This document shows, in pieces, positions 14,581 to 27,474 of a stretch of 64,000 nt of DNA (positions within the stretch are counted from its first letter, which is position 1; each line of letters begins with the position of its first letter). The stretch is from the NCBI GenBank assembly GCA_951406725.2, contig OX597816.1, positions 179,490,001 through 179,554,000 of the forward strand, given 5' to 3'. The stretch comes from Octopus vulgaris. Lineage: Eukaryota. Both the position numbers and the translations under genes were made by a program. The notes below the pieces were generated by a model. The model had not been told where the DNA came from, searched no databases, and saw only the letters and a list, made by a program, of their open reading frames with translations.

Positions 14581-15933
14581 ATATAATAATAGAACGTATA
14601 ATAACCAAAATTCAATAAATAAGTATAATGTTATGAAATGAATAAAAATATACGAAAATATAAAAATAAGAAAGCAGTATGGTATACATGTGTGTGTGTC
14701 TGTCTGTATGTGGAGGAGGTAGACCCATGAAGACATGGGATGAAGTGGTGAGGCATGGTCTTTGAATACTGGGCCTCATGGAGGCAATGACAAGTTACCA
14801 GGACCTTTGGCAATATGCTGTGTGTGAGAAGTCCCAATAAAGCCCAATGAAACCATAGTCATGGCCAATGCTGGTGTCACATAACAGGCTCCCATGCCAG
14901 TGACATGTAAAAGACACCCTTGGCAATATGCCGTGCTTGAGAAGACTCACCAAAACAAGTGAAATCATAGTTGTGGCTGTTGCTGGTGTCATGTGGATAG
15001 CACCAACGCTGGCGGCATGTAAAAAGCAACCATTACACTCTTGGAGTGGTTGGCATTACGAAGGGCATCTACTTGTATAAACCATGCCAAATCAGATTGG
15101 AATCTGGTGCAGCTCTCCAGCCTAGCAGTTTCAGTCAAAGTATCTAACCCATACCAGCATGGAAAGCAAACACCAAATGAATGACGATGATGTGTATATA
15201 TATATATATATATATATTTATTGGCTAAACTGACAAAATGACCATTCCTAAATACAACAATATCTGTTTCAACACACGATTTCACATCAAAAATCTTGCA
15301 AAACAAATATATAAACGTATATATATATATATATAAATATTTATATATGGCTGTGTGGTAACAAGCTTGCTTCCCAACCGCATGGTTCTGGGTTCAATCC
15401 CACTGCATGGCACCTTGGGCAAGAGTCTTCTACTATATTCTCAGGCTGACCAAACTAGATGGAAGCTGTGAAAAAAAGCTGATTGTATGTATGTATGTAT
15501 GTATGTATGTATGTATGTATGTATGTATGTATGTATGTATGTATGTATGTATGTATGTATGTGTGTGTATGTGTGTGTGTATGTATGTATGTATGTATGT
15601 ATGTATGTATGTATACATACACATATATATTTGTAAATATCTAAGTGTGTATGTCTTTGGGTCTTTGGGTCAAGCAACGGTGGGGGGAAAACACAGACAC
15701 AAAAAACATACACACATAAAAATATATATACATATACATACACATGTATATATGATGGACTTCTTTCAGTTTCCGTTAACCAAATCCACTCACAGTGCTT
15801 TGTTCAGCCCAAGGCTATAGGAGAAGCTGTTTGCCCAATGTGCCATGCAGCAGGACTGAAACTGGAACCATGTGGTTGGGAAGCAAGCTATTTACCACAC
15901 AGCTATGCCCGCGCATATTTATATATACATGTT

Positions 15934-17181
15934 TAGGGAGCGGTGAATAAAATGTCATCTAAATTATGTAAAAATGAAAATAATACTGACAGATATTGAC
16001 AGATATATGTACCAAAATTGAAAAAAAGTATCTTGAGATACTAAAGAGTAGAGTTATTCAATAAAATTGTCATTGGCCTCCAGACAACTTCATAATCTCC
16101 TGCAGCTCTTCTGAATGGTCTCCTTGTTTAAGTTGGTGAATGCTGCCATAATCCTTGTCTTCAGTTCATCTTTGGTGTTAGGAGTTTTGTTAATCTCTTG
16201 CTCAATTGTGCCTCACACATAATTATCAAGTGGGTTGCAGTCTGGGGAGTTAGGTGGCCACAGAAATTGTCTAACAGCCATGACTGGGTTCTCCTGCTTG
16301 TGTGGCATGGTGCAGAGTCTTGTTGCCAGACATAGTCTTCCAGCATCCACTCTCTTGACCCAGGGCAACACTACCTCCTCCAGGCTCTTGATGTAGGCCT
16401 ATGTGTTGAGTATGAGGCTGTGTGGCAAGATGAATAGAGGCATAATGTTGCCATCACTAGTGATCACTCCAAACACCATGATGTTGACTGGATGTTTGAT
16501 TTTTAACACTCTTAGTACATGTTTTGGAGACACGGCAAGCCAATGGTTGTTCTGTGTGTTCACCATCTGATCCTGCCAGAAATTTTTCTTGTCTGAGAAA
16601 AACCAAAGCATGGAGGGCATGCATGAGTTTGTTCAAAAGCTTCGTAGTGCAGTCTTTCCTCTTGTTCTTGATGTCTTGGGATAAAAATTGGCCCTTTCTC
16701 ATCTTGTATGAGGAATACCAAATGTCTTCAAGTACTACCTGCCTGATAAGAAACTCAGACATTCCAATGTCCCTGGCGATGATAGACCTGATTGACTTGG
16801 GGGGGATCATTGTCAATCATGGCCTGGATCTCACCAGCAAATTCAGTAGCTCTTTTCTTATCAGAATGATGAGAATGTTTCGAGCTGCCGTACCATCACC
16901 ATTAGACTCATCCAACTCTTTCTGAATCCTCTGCACTCTCCTCAGATTAACACCCAAACACTCTGAAATGTTTGTATTGGAGCTGCTGGCACAAATGCCA
17001 AGCAGTGCAGCATGTCGTTCCCAAATTTCTGGCAGAGTGAATTGCAACATCATGCTGCTTTTCTCACAGATGGTGCCCAACTGACCCTACTATACTGCGT
17101 TGTTGACAAAATCAAAAACAAACAATGTGCATGCACAAAATTAAAAATACAAAATGGCGATGATTTACCCATTGCAACCTG
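15934..17181 (-). mobile_element. Decayed Tc1/mariner DNA transposon (maT/DD37D-like), frameshifted transposase at about 16060-17063
   Basis: Motifs FFSD, MVFGVITSDG, WQQDSAPCH, PNSPDCNPLD (third catalytic residue D), N-terminal HTH-like segment; degenerate TIRs. Confidence 0.85.
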
Positions 17182-17370
17182 TTATTACATTTATATATAT
17201 TCCAAGAAAGTTAGAAGTTGTGAATTTAACTAAGGGATAATATCTATCCAATATACTGCCGGTAGAATACCCAATTATTAATACACAAGTGTTTTTTATT
17301 GCATTGCAATTACATTACCTAGTGTACTAAATGGGTGAAGGTAAAGAGATATTTTATCATTAATTTATAT

Positions 17371-17723
17371 AGCAATAAGAAAATGGAGGGGATCAATAGG
17401 TGGTTCATCAACTTTTAGACATTATATTATGTTAATTTATTTATTTATATACTAAAATGACAATTACAAGAATATACATACATGTATAACATATTCTGCT
17501 TTACATATAAAATATATAAAGATACCAGTAATTATTACAATATATAACATGCAGTCCTGTATGTTATATATTTTAATAATTACTAGTATCTTTATATATT
17601 TTATATATACATATACACATATTCTTGTAATTGTCATTTTAGTAAATAAATAAATAAGTTGACATAATATAATGTCTTAAAGTTGATGAACCAACTATTG
17701 ATCCCCTCCATTTTCTTATTGCT
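17371..17723. repeat. Long, nearly spacerless inverted repeat (about 170-180-bp arms)
   Basis: AGCAATAAGAAAATGGAGGGGATCAATAG... versus ...CTATTGATCCCCTCCATTTTCTTATTGCT; centre ACATGCAG-TC-CTGTATGT. Confidence 0.85.
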
Positions 17724-17739
17724 CTCTCTCTATATATAT

Positions 17740-18880
17740 ATCATCATCATCATCATCATCATTTAACGTCCATTTTCCATGCTAGCATGGGTTGGACGGT
17801 TCGACCAGGGTCTGGTAAGCCATGGAAGCTGTACCAAGCTCCAGTCTGATTTGGCAGTGTTTCTACAGCTGGATGCCCTTCCTAACGCCAACCACTCTGT
17901 GAGTGTAGTGGGTGTTTTTTATGTGCCACTGGCACAGGAGCCCACACAGGGTGGCAAACGGCCATGATCAGTTGGTGCTTTTACATGTCACCGACACGGA
18001 CGCCAGTCAGGCGATGCTAGTAACTGCTACGCTCGAACGGTGCTTTTACATGTCACCAGCACTGGTGTCTTAACTACAATTACCATTCAAATTTTTGATG
18101 TTGACGAACTTGACTCAACAGGTCTCCTCAAGAACAGCGGGTCACTCTACGATCCAAGGTTAGCACAGCAGGTCGTCCTGCAAGCCATGAACTCACTTCA
18201 TTTGTCGGGTCTTTGAAGTCACAGCATATCTCCAGAGGTCTCGGTCTTTCGTCATAGCTACAGTGAGGCTCAAAGTACGAAGGTCATGCTTGACCACCTC
18301 GTCCCATGTCTTCCTGGGTCTACCTCTACCCCGGGTTCCTTCAACAGTTTGGAAGCGGCACTTCACACATCTCTCCTCGTCCATTCTTAGTACATGACCG
18401 TACCAATGCAATCGTCTCTCCTGCACGCTGCATCCAATGCTTCTCATGCCCAACCAGGACGCTCACACTCTGTCGTGCAGGGACACTGACATTACACATC
18501 CAGCGGATCATGCTAGCTTCATTTCTTTCAAGCCTATGCATGTCCTCTGCAGTCACGGCCCATGTTTCACTGCCATGAAGCATGGCAGTTCGTACACATG
18601 CATCGTACAACCTACCTTTCACTCTGAGCGAGAGACCCTTTGTTGCCAGTAGGGGGAGAAGCTTCCTAAACTTTGTCCAAGCTATTCTTATTCTAGTGGT
18701 AACGCTCTCTGAGCATCCACCACCACTACTAACTTGGTCACCTAGGTAGCAGAAACTATCAACTACTTCTAGTTCCTCCCCAAGGAGTGTAATGGAATCT
18801 GTTTTCTGAGTATCAATGGTGTCAATTGCCCCTGTGCATCTGCCGCACACGAAAGCTATCTTCTCGGTTAATTTTCCTTG
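17740..18880 (-). mobile_element. 5'-truncated RTE-clade LINE with 3' UTR and (GAT)n tail
   Basis: VDSFCYLG...MLHGSETW...RRLHWYGHVLRM...GRGRPRKTW; tail CATCATCAT-TTAACGTCC on the + strand. Confidence 0.9.
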
Positions 18881-19479
18881 GATGTTGCTGCACCTCTTAT
18901 GAGTCCATAGCTTCTGTTATACAGAATTACAAAACTGTTAATATGAAGGAATACCTCTTACAATACACTTATTTAGCAAGATATGTGGCTGTAGGTAATA
19001 GAAAAGGCAGAAAGTACAACAACCTAATGGACTTAGCTTCTTAATCTGAAACAATTTAAGTGCCCCATAATCGAGAAGCTTTTGGTTAATGTTGTATTGA
19101 GCTTTCAATTATGTATTGTCATTTCTTTGTTACACAAATGTCCCTTGCAAAAACAATTTATTGTATATCTATCATATATACAGGTGCAGGTGTGGTTGTG
19201 AGGCAAGAAGTATGCTTCCAAATCATATGGTCTCAGGTTCAGTTCCACTGTGTGGCACCTTGGGCAAGACTTTTTTTTATTTCACATTGCTCCAGTCCAC
19301 TCAACACACACACACACACTTTTCCCCTGCTCTTATCTATCATTATCAATGACACTCATTTACTAATTTTGATCTTGTTGCAATGAAAAGCACCAGCTCT
19401 TTTCATGAAACTAGTTTTCTATGAATATATATTCCTTGCTATAAGTTTATCATTAGTTTTACAGTTGAGTGGCTTAAAG

Positions 19480-19522
<43 letters not shown>

Positions 19523-19585
19523 GGAGTAAACATAAATGTGAAACAAGGTGGAAAAAAGAGTATTCAAATACCAGTGGTAGAGTAA

Positions 19586-19721
19586 TATGCTTTATTTAAA
19601 GCAGCAGAAAATTCAACAAAATCTGTTACTCTGAGTTTCCCGTTGCAAAAACTGTCCGATGAACGGCAACGGGAAACTCAGAGTAACAGGTTTTGTTGAA
19701 TTTTCTGCTGCTTTAAATAAA

Positions 19722-19725
<4 letters not shown>
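19586..19725. repeat. Foldback inverted repeat (about 60-bp arms) between (TA)n tracts
   Basis: TGCTTTATTTAAAGCAGCAGAAAATTCAACAAAA...CCCGTTGC / GCAACGGG...TTTTGTTGAATTTTCTGCTGCTTTAAATAAAGCA. Confidence 0.9.
19652..19689 (+). ncRNA. Minimal hammerhead motif with variant core, spanning the loop and right arm of a foldback repeat
   Basis: CTGT-CCGATGA-ACG(GCAA)CGG-GAAAC-TCAGA-GTA-ACAG; stem I CTGT/ACAG; GNRA loop II. Confidence 0.6.
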
Positions 19726-19781
<56 letters not shown>

Positions 19782-20233
19782 ATGTGTGTGTGTGTGTTAT
19801 GCATAGACACTGCTATGTACATGGAAACAGATAAACAGAAAGACAACTGCAGTTATTGAAAGGCAAATTATGCGACATCGTTTCACTGTGATGACTTTCA
19901 ATAAGTTTAGATGAAGTACCTGCAGTCTAAGTTATGTAATTTGGGAATTATGAAGCAGAGTTACTTCCCTCAAAATTTAGATGTTGGTAATAATAATAAT
20001 CCTATCTACTATAAGCACAAAGCCTGGATTTTTGTGGGGAGGAAGACAATCGATCACATCGGCACCAGTACTTGACTGATACTTAATTTATCGACCCCGA
20101 AAGGCAAAGTCGACCCCGGCAAAATTTGAACTCAGGACGTAGTGACAGACAAAATACCGCTAAGAATTTCGCCTGACATGCTAATGACTCTGCTAGCCTG
20201 CCACCGTAGATGATTGTGGTAGTGGTGGTGATG

Positions 20234-20235
<2 letters not shown>

Positions 20236-20278
<43 letters not shown>

Positions 20279-20790
20279 GAGTGAGAGAGCAGTGCATGCC
20301 ATCAAAATGACACTGGGGTAAAATATACGAAGCCCAGTATACCCATCATGACTACCCGTCTGATAAGGGTACACAAGGCACATGCATCACAACCATATGT
20401 GCGCGACATGGTGATCTCATATCAAGATAAACAGTACATGACCTTGCAGGTGGGGCCCAGTTAGAATTTTGTTCTGGTCGAGTAACCCACCAAGCTCAAA
20501 AGGTCCCTGAATAAGGGTTGTTTAAGGATGTTGAAAGAACCAGCCATGTTTCCAGAGGTGAATTATTCAAACCCCAAAGAATCCCTCTCAACACATGGCT
20601 ATGATGCTCCCCTACTACTTCTGCTCGTGATCAGAGATGCACATATCGTCAGCCACTAAGGGACATGCTCAACTGGTTAAGGTCAAACAACTGACAAGCA
20701 AATCTGTGGTATTGAGCAGAATATTTGCTGTAGCCCATCTTTTATACCAAGACAAAACAATGTACATGATAACACTTCCAATCAGTTAAG

Positions 20791-20792
<2 letters not shown>
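20236..20792 (-). mobile_element. About 530-bp interspersed repeat with (TAA)n tail; opposite-orientation copy at 11068-11605
   Basis: Clear reverse-complement homology (CCACCTGCAAGGTCATG, GAATAATTCACCTCTGGAAAC). Confidence 0.8.
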
Positions 20793-20833
<41 letters not shown>

Positions 20834-22496
20834 TTATTTATTTGTTTTTCAGATTAGAAACATTTGTCTCTAAACTGAAGTAATTGTGAAGATGTTATAC
20901 AGAATTACAAAACTGTTAATATGAAGGAATACCTCTTACAATACACTTATTTAGCAAGATATGTGGCTGTAGGTAATAGCAAAGGCAGAAAGTACAACAA
21001 CCTAATGGACTTAGCTTCTTAATCTGAAACAATTTAAGTGCCCCATAATCGAGAAGCTTTTGGTTAATGTTGTATTGAGCTTTCAATTATGTATTGTCAT
21101 TTCTTTGTTACACAAATGTCCCTTGCAAAAACAATTTATTGTATATCTATCATATATACAGGTGCAGGTGTGGTTGTGAGGCAAGAAGTATGCTTCCCAA
21201 TCATATGGTCTCAGGTTCAGTTCCACTGTGTGGCACCTTGGGCAAGTGTCTGCTACTATAGACCTAAGCTGACCAAAACCTTGAATGGATTTGGTTGACA
21301 GAAAATGAAAGAAGCCCATTATATATAAATATACATATATATCTACAAATATATGTGTGTGTGTGTATATATACACACACACAACAGGCTTCTTTCAGTT
21401 TCTGTCTGCCAAATCCACTCACAAGACACTAACCCAAGGTGTCATGTCATGGTACTGAACACAAAGCCATGTGGTTAGGAAGCAAACTTCTTACCACACA
21501 GTCATACCAGTGCCTATGTATCCATCATATATAAATATATATAGATGTTTGTATGTATGTTTGTGTGCATGCACATGTGTGTGTTACTGTCTCTTTGCCT
21601 TAATTTCATGTGATAGCTGTGTAAGTGTATGTCACAGTCATGCAAGGAATGTGTCGTTTCTAATCTTCCATGAAAACATGTCAGGACGTAGGGAATATTA
21701 CCTTACTAGGAAACGGGAGGCTTGGCAATGAGAGGAGCATCAGGCTGTTGTAAATCTGCCTCAACAAATTACGTCTGGAAAAGTAACTATTAAGCAATGA
21801 TGATGATGGTGATAATGATTGTATAACTTTGTGACGCAAGCTGGAAACAGCACTAATCTCATTTAAGAAACTTAAACTCATGCAGATAAAAATCAAGTCT
21901 AAACTCGAGCAATATGCAACAATTCATGATAGCAATGGCAATGATGATGATGTTGTTTTTGTTGTTGTTGATGGTGGTGGTGTGGTGAAGGTGACAATGA
22001 TGATGATGATGATGACACTTATTGTAGAAAAGTACCTTACCAGTGTTGATGGTGTCATGGAACAAAAGATGAAAGAACAGGATGAAACCCGTAATCAAGG
22101 ATTCCTTAGGAAAATGCTTGGCCTAACTAAAGTATCAAGCTTTTATGCTTCCAGGGAGATATGAAAATGTTATAGAGTACATGTAGCAAGTGAGTACATG
22201 TAGCAAGATATATGATTGGGCAGTTTGTAGCAGATAGTCATGAAGATAGGAAGCATTACAACTTGAAGAGTCAAAGCGTTGCTTAACCTACAGCAGTGAA
22301 AAAGACTTTTGGTATTTGTTATATTGAACATGTATTTATCATTTACATGTCATGTCAATGTTTCTAGTAAAACTATTTATTGTATATCTTTGTGAATTAT
22401 TTACCCCTTAACAGTAACAATGCTTTTGTCCAAGCTACTGATATATAAATAAGATAATACTTGATAAAAGTGGAAACACAGTGCTAATTTAAATAT

Positions 22497-23160
22497 TGAT
22501 TTCAAATTTTAGCAGAAGGCCAGCAATTTCGGGGCAATGGGTAAGTCATTACATTGACCTCTAGTACTCATGTGGAACTTATTTTTATTGACCCTGAAAG
22601 GATGAAAGGCAAAGCTGACCTCAGAAGAATTTGAACTCAAAACGTAAAGACAGACGAAACGCCACTAAGCATTTTGCTCAGCATGTTAACAATTCTGCCA
22701 GTTTATTACCTTAAAAAGGGTAATTACTGGCTTCAAATTTTGGCACAAGACCACAATTTCATGGAAGGAGCTAAGTCAGTTGCAATCGACTGGTGTTCAG
22801 TTGGTGCTTATTTTATCAACCCTGAATAGATAAAAGCAAAGTCAACCTCAGTTGAATTTGAACTCAGAAGATAAAGACAGACAAAATGCCGCTAAGCATT
22901 TTGCCTGGTGTGCTAAGGATTCTGCCAGGTTGCCCACCTTAGTACCAATGTAAATACTGATTTCAGATTTCGGAACAAAGCCAGGAATTTCAAGGGAGGG
23001 GCCAAATCAATTACATCAACCCCAGTGTCCAGTTGGTACTTATTTTCTTGACCCCCAAAAAGATGAAAGCAAAGTCGACCTCAGAGGTATTTGAACTCAG
23101 AACATAAAGACGGACGAAATGCTACTAAGCATTTTGCCTGACATGCTAACGATTCTACCA
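22497..23160 (-). repeat. Tandem trio of family B SINEs
   Basis: Three consecutive diverged copies of about 215 bp. Confidence 0.8.
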
Positions 23161-23456
23161 ATGTAAATATTAAAAAAATGTTTTATCTCTCTGGTAAAGT
23201 TCATATTCTAAAGAATATTCTTATTTTCGTATATCCATTGGATTGTTACCCCAGGAAAGAAACAATAGCCATTTCTACATACTGTTGCTACAACTTACCA
23301 AAATTTCTCAACTCAGGTTATAAAGAATCTTATTTGTGAGTGGGAAGATTTTTCGTTTATTTAGTATCGTGCAGTGGGTCAACAAGTAGGGTAGGTAACT
23401 CTTCTTGCTCCAATTTGCCAGAGTGGTAGATATGGCATTATTAAATTATAAAACAA

Positions 23457-23855
23457 CTAGCAGTATCATCCGGCATTGCTCGGGTTTGTAAGGGAAATAA
23501 CTATATAAGCATTTTTAGAGATGTAAAGTATAATAGCCATCTCAATATGGCTAACCACAAAGGGGGGGTGGGTGTTACTGTAGCTTTTTACGTTCTGAGA
23601 TTTAATAATAATTTTTTAGAGAGTTACTTCCCTTATATATGCCAAAAATGCATTAAAATGGGAAAAATTGATGGTAATTTTTTTTTTAAATCGTAGACTC
23701 ATCGTAGACGCGTGCTAATACCCAGAAGGGCTCGATATGAATCACGACTATAAGATACCCGGTTTTGGTTAAACTGCACCGCAAAATGTGGGAGTAGTTA
23801 GGAATCTAAATCATAGGAGACAGACAGCACACAACCTCACTTTTATATATAAAGA
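23457..23855 (-). mobile_element. Non-autonomous Helitron
   Basis: Minus strand A|TC 5' end, CCCGAGCAATGCCGG hairpin, CTAG|T 3' end; homologous to 38890-39292. Confidence 0.8.
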
Positions 23856-24321
23856 TTATACGAACATACTACCGAGATATGGCTACGATGCAGTCATTCG
23901 ACCTGTTAAAAACAGTAGACAAATCTCATCCAACTCACACCCTACAGCCATTTGCTTATTTATTTATTATCAGAGCAAGAGATTTTAAAGCGAGATGCTC
24001 TTTTAATCACTAATCGCTCACTTTCAACAATGAACTGAGAGCAGCAGTTGCTGGTCAGTCAGGCAGACTAAATCAAACAACACAGTTCCTAGAAAACTCT
24101 CTAGGTCATTCTTTATCTACGAGTTAAAAACTTTAAATTATATACCATTTTTTAAATTTCGCATCTGTGTTGGAGAATATGGTCATAATAGCAGTTCAGT
24201 ATCCCATATATTAATGGACTCCTGTTGCTATTTTAGATCAGTGTTACAATCCAGCTTGGGTTTCCGTTTTTTCTTCTTTTATGCTTTCATTATTGTAATA
24301 GCTGCTATGTTTTTGCTTTGA

Positions 24322-24531
24322 CCCTTTAGCATTCAGATCATTTTGTTAAATGATTATTTATTCATATTGTTTTGGATTAATAATGCACTATCTTGTCACT
24401 TCAAAATTTTGATGATTTTTTATTTTTAGAATGATATTGTAGGATAGGTGTGAGAGGCTAGATCTGGCCAGTTTGATCATAAAATGGGTAGAATATGTGG
24501 GCCAGGTATGGCCAGTTTAAATGCTAAAAGG
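24322..24531. mobile_element. piggyBac-type MITE, second family
   Basis: TTGA|CCCTTTAGCATT...AATGCTAAAAGG|TTAA. Confidence 0.7.
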
Positions 24532-27035
24532 TTAAACATGCATACTGCATTATTTTTGTCACAATGAATATAAATCGTAGTGAATATTACACACCATCTA
24601 GAAACTTTGGAAATATTAGTAGAACGTAATTTAAATGAGAGGGGGCGAGATAGTACTTGTAAGAAGTCATTTGGAATGGAATAACACGAAGGGGCCTGAA
24701 AACAGAACAGACAAGAAGCCGAGTTGGCAATGGCGATATAGATAAAGATAGTAGAGAAACGGGATTAGGTTTACGATCAACGCTTAAAAAATATGAATGA
24801 ATAACAGGTTAAAAAGTGAAGAACGCTTATCTGGGCATATTTCTGAGATCCGTGTTGTCATCAAGTAGCTCGAGAAATGGGACGAAATAAAATCGTACAC
24901 TGGTTTATAAGGAGTTAGGGATTGGGGTGGGGTGGGGGGTGGGTAAAACATAATTTAAATGAGAGGTAGCGGGGATAGTACTTTGTAAGGAATCCTGAGG
25001 GTGGCCTTGAAAGCAAAGAGGGAATCGAGAGGACAGGAAGCCATGCTGACAATGGCGATAAGATAATAGAGAAACAGGATTTGGTTTATGACCAACGCTT
25101 AAAATATGGGGTTGAAATGAAGGAGCAGCGAGAATGAATATAAATCGTAGGGAATATTACACACCATCTAGCGAGAATGAATATAAATCGTAGTGAATAT
25201 TACACACCATCTAGAAACTTTGGAAATATTAGTAGAACGTAATTTAAATGAGAGGAAGTCTACTGTCCCCAATCAAAATCTCGCAGCCCGCCATTCGCTA
25301 ACCTGCGTGTTCTTTCCTCCTCAAAATTCTTAAATTTTTTTAAAATGCCTCGGTATGAAGATATTTCGTTCGTCCTCCGCCATTACTTTCAATCAAAACT
25401 TCCGTCTTTCCAACCCACTTCCGGTGAACCTATATAAATAATCACCTCGTGTGCTTCTCTTCCATTCACCCCTTCTTGACCACACAGCGATGATCATAGC
25501 AAGCAAGCTAAGAATTCTCATTTCATTTCTTCCGACTCTTGTACTACACACATACATTTGCCGCTAACCCTTAAATGTTTGAATCTATTCACTAATTCTG
25601 CTTGTTCTTAAAATATGACCCTTTAATTTGTTTAACCCCTCGGTACCAAGTTAATTTGTTCGTTACTCTGTTCATTTCTTCAAACCCCGATTGTTTTAAG
25701 TCTACTGTCCCCAATCAAAATCTTCGCAGCCCGCCATTCGTTCGCGGTTCGCCCGCCCTCCCACCCCCACCACCCGTACCGCAGAACACTCTGTTTACAC
25801 CATCCTCACCGGATATCCCCTCTACCACCACCACCACTACGTGTGTCTGTTCCTCCTACCCCTCCTCCTCAATATACTTTCTCACTATGTATTTTACCCC
25901 TGCCTCTCTCCCCTGGACAGAAGCAGCTAGCGCTGCAGCTCATCAAACGTCCCACTTAACCTGTTATCTTATGTTCCTCCTGTTTTGAAATGTGTCACTG
26001 CCTCAACCGGCTATCTCCTTCCAGCCCCCTCCCCCACTCGTGATATCCTACGTTTTAGTTCCTACTTTTCATTCTGTCTAGAACCTGCCACCAACCCTAC
26101 CTGTCATCGTTTCTCTTTACCCCAAACCTTCCCCACTGGTGCTCCCCTATATTACATGCACCCCCCCACTCTCTCTCCCTCTCTCCTCTCTGCCGGAACC
26201 CTCCCCCCTGCCGCAATGCAACGTAAAAAGGCAATAACCGATCGTGGCCGATGCCAGACCCCTCTGGCACCTGTGCAGGTAGCACGTAAAAAGCACCCAC
26301 TACACTCGCGGAGTGGTTGGCGTTAGGAAGGGCATCCAGCTGTAGAAACACTGCCAGATCAGACTGGAGCCTGGGGCAGTCCCTGCTCCCCAGACCCTGG
26401 TCAAACCGTCCAACCCGTGCTAGCGCGGAAAACGGACGTTAAACGATGATGATGATGATGATGATGATTCCCACTTTTCACACATATCCATATCATCTTC
26501 AATGAAAATGATTGTTTTCATAGATATCTCTTAATTGAAATGCGGTATAGAGGTGTCACTTAATTACTAAAACTCGTTTCTTTATTCTCATACAATCTGG
26601 ATTGCACCACCACTAAGAAATATATACAACAATGTTTCAGTATTTAGTAATAGAATAATAAAAAATAAAAATATTATAATAAAATTATAAAGAATAATAA
26701 AAAATAGAAATATAATAAAATTAAAAAATTAAAATATAATAAAATTATAAAAATAATAAAAAAATAAAAATGTGTAGTGCAAGATATTTTACAGTACACA
26801 TTTTTCACTTCACTGCCATAAAGAATAAGATAATGAATTCACAAATGAAGAAATAATTTGATGATTCGTTCTGTCATCTTGCTTTTTTCTTCTAATTTTG
26901 TTTAAGAACTTTTTTTTTCATTCAAAAGAAAATTATATATTGAAATTTTTCAGAAAGATCATGGTAAAAGGAAAATATCATCATTTGCAGAAATAATTAT
27001 AGAAATAAGTTTATTAGTGATAGAGTTACATTTAC

Positions 27036-27202
27036 CTTCCTAAGTTCATCAGATATAGCAAAATTTTCATAATACTCATCAAAACATTTGTATAATCTTC
27101 CACTCTCATAGATAACTCCATTCTCTTTCAATCGATCAAAAAATTCCATAGAAAGCAGAGTACAGGGTACAATCTCTATGTCAACTTTGGATGCCTTTTG
27201 GC
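27036..27202 (-). CDS. CFAP300: CFAP300 coding exon 4 (QKASKVDIEIVPCTLLSMEFFDRL...ISDELRK)
   Basis: tacAG acceptor, GTAAA donor, 167 nt; VPCT.LSM.FF.RL and ISDELR motifs. Confidence 0.95.
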
Positions 27203-27474
27203 CTGTAATAATATAAAACAAGTTTTATAATTGTGGATAAATATTTCATTCCTTCAAATTTAATGAATGTTTACACCAACAGTAATAATCATTAATGATT
27301 ATAAGTATGAATTTGAAACCAAAACAGATATCCTTTACATTAAAATCCTAGCTGTTAGTTTATACATAATAATGATTTCCAACATAGAAATCAACATCTA
27401 AAAATTATTTCTAATATTTTGTCAGAATAATGGACACAATTAAAATGTGTATTTTATATTTGCAATATTTAAGA

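Noticed and set aside
24850-24900. GGGACGAAAT...GTACAC, a possible hammerhead half
   Set aside because: No CUGANGA core upstream; too degenerate.
24563-25255. CRISPR-like recurring 38-nt repeat
   Set aside because: Irregular spacing, no unique spacers, no cas genes, eukaryotic context.
25602-26326. Proline-rich ORFs of 113-128 aa
   Set aside because: C-rich low-complexity DNA plus RTE tail, with non-ATG starts.
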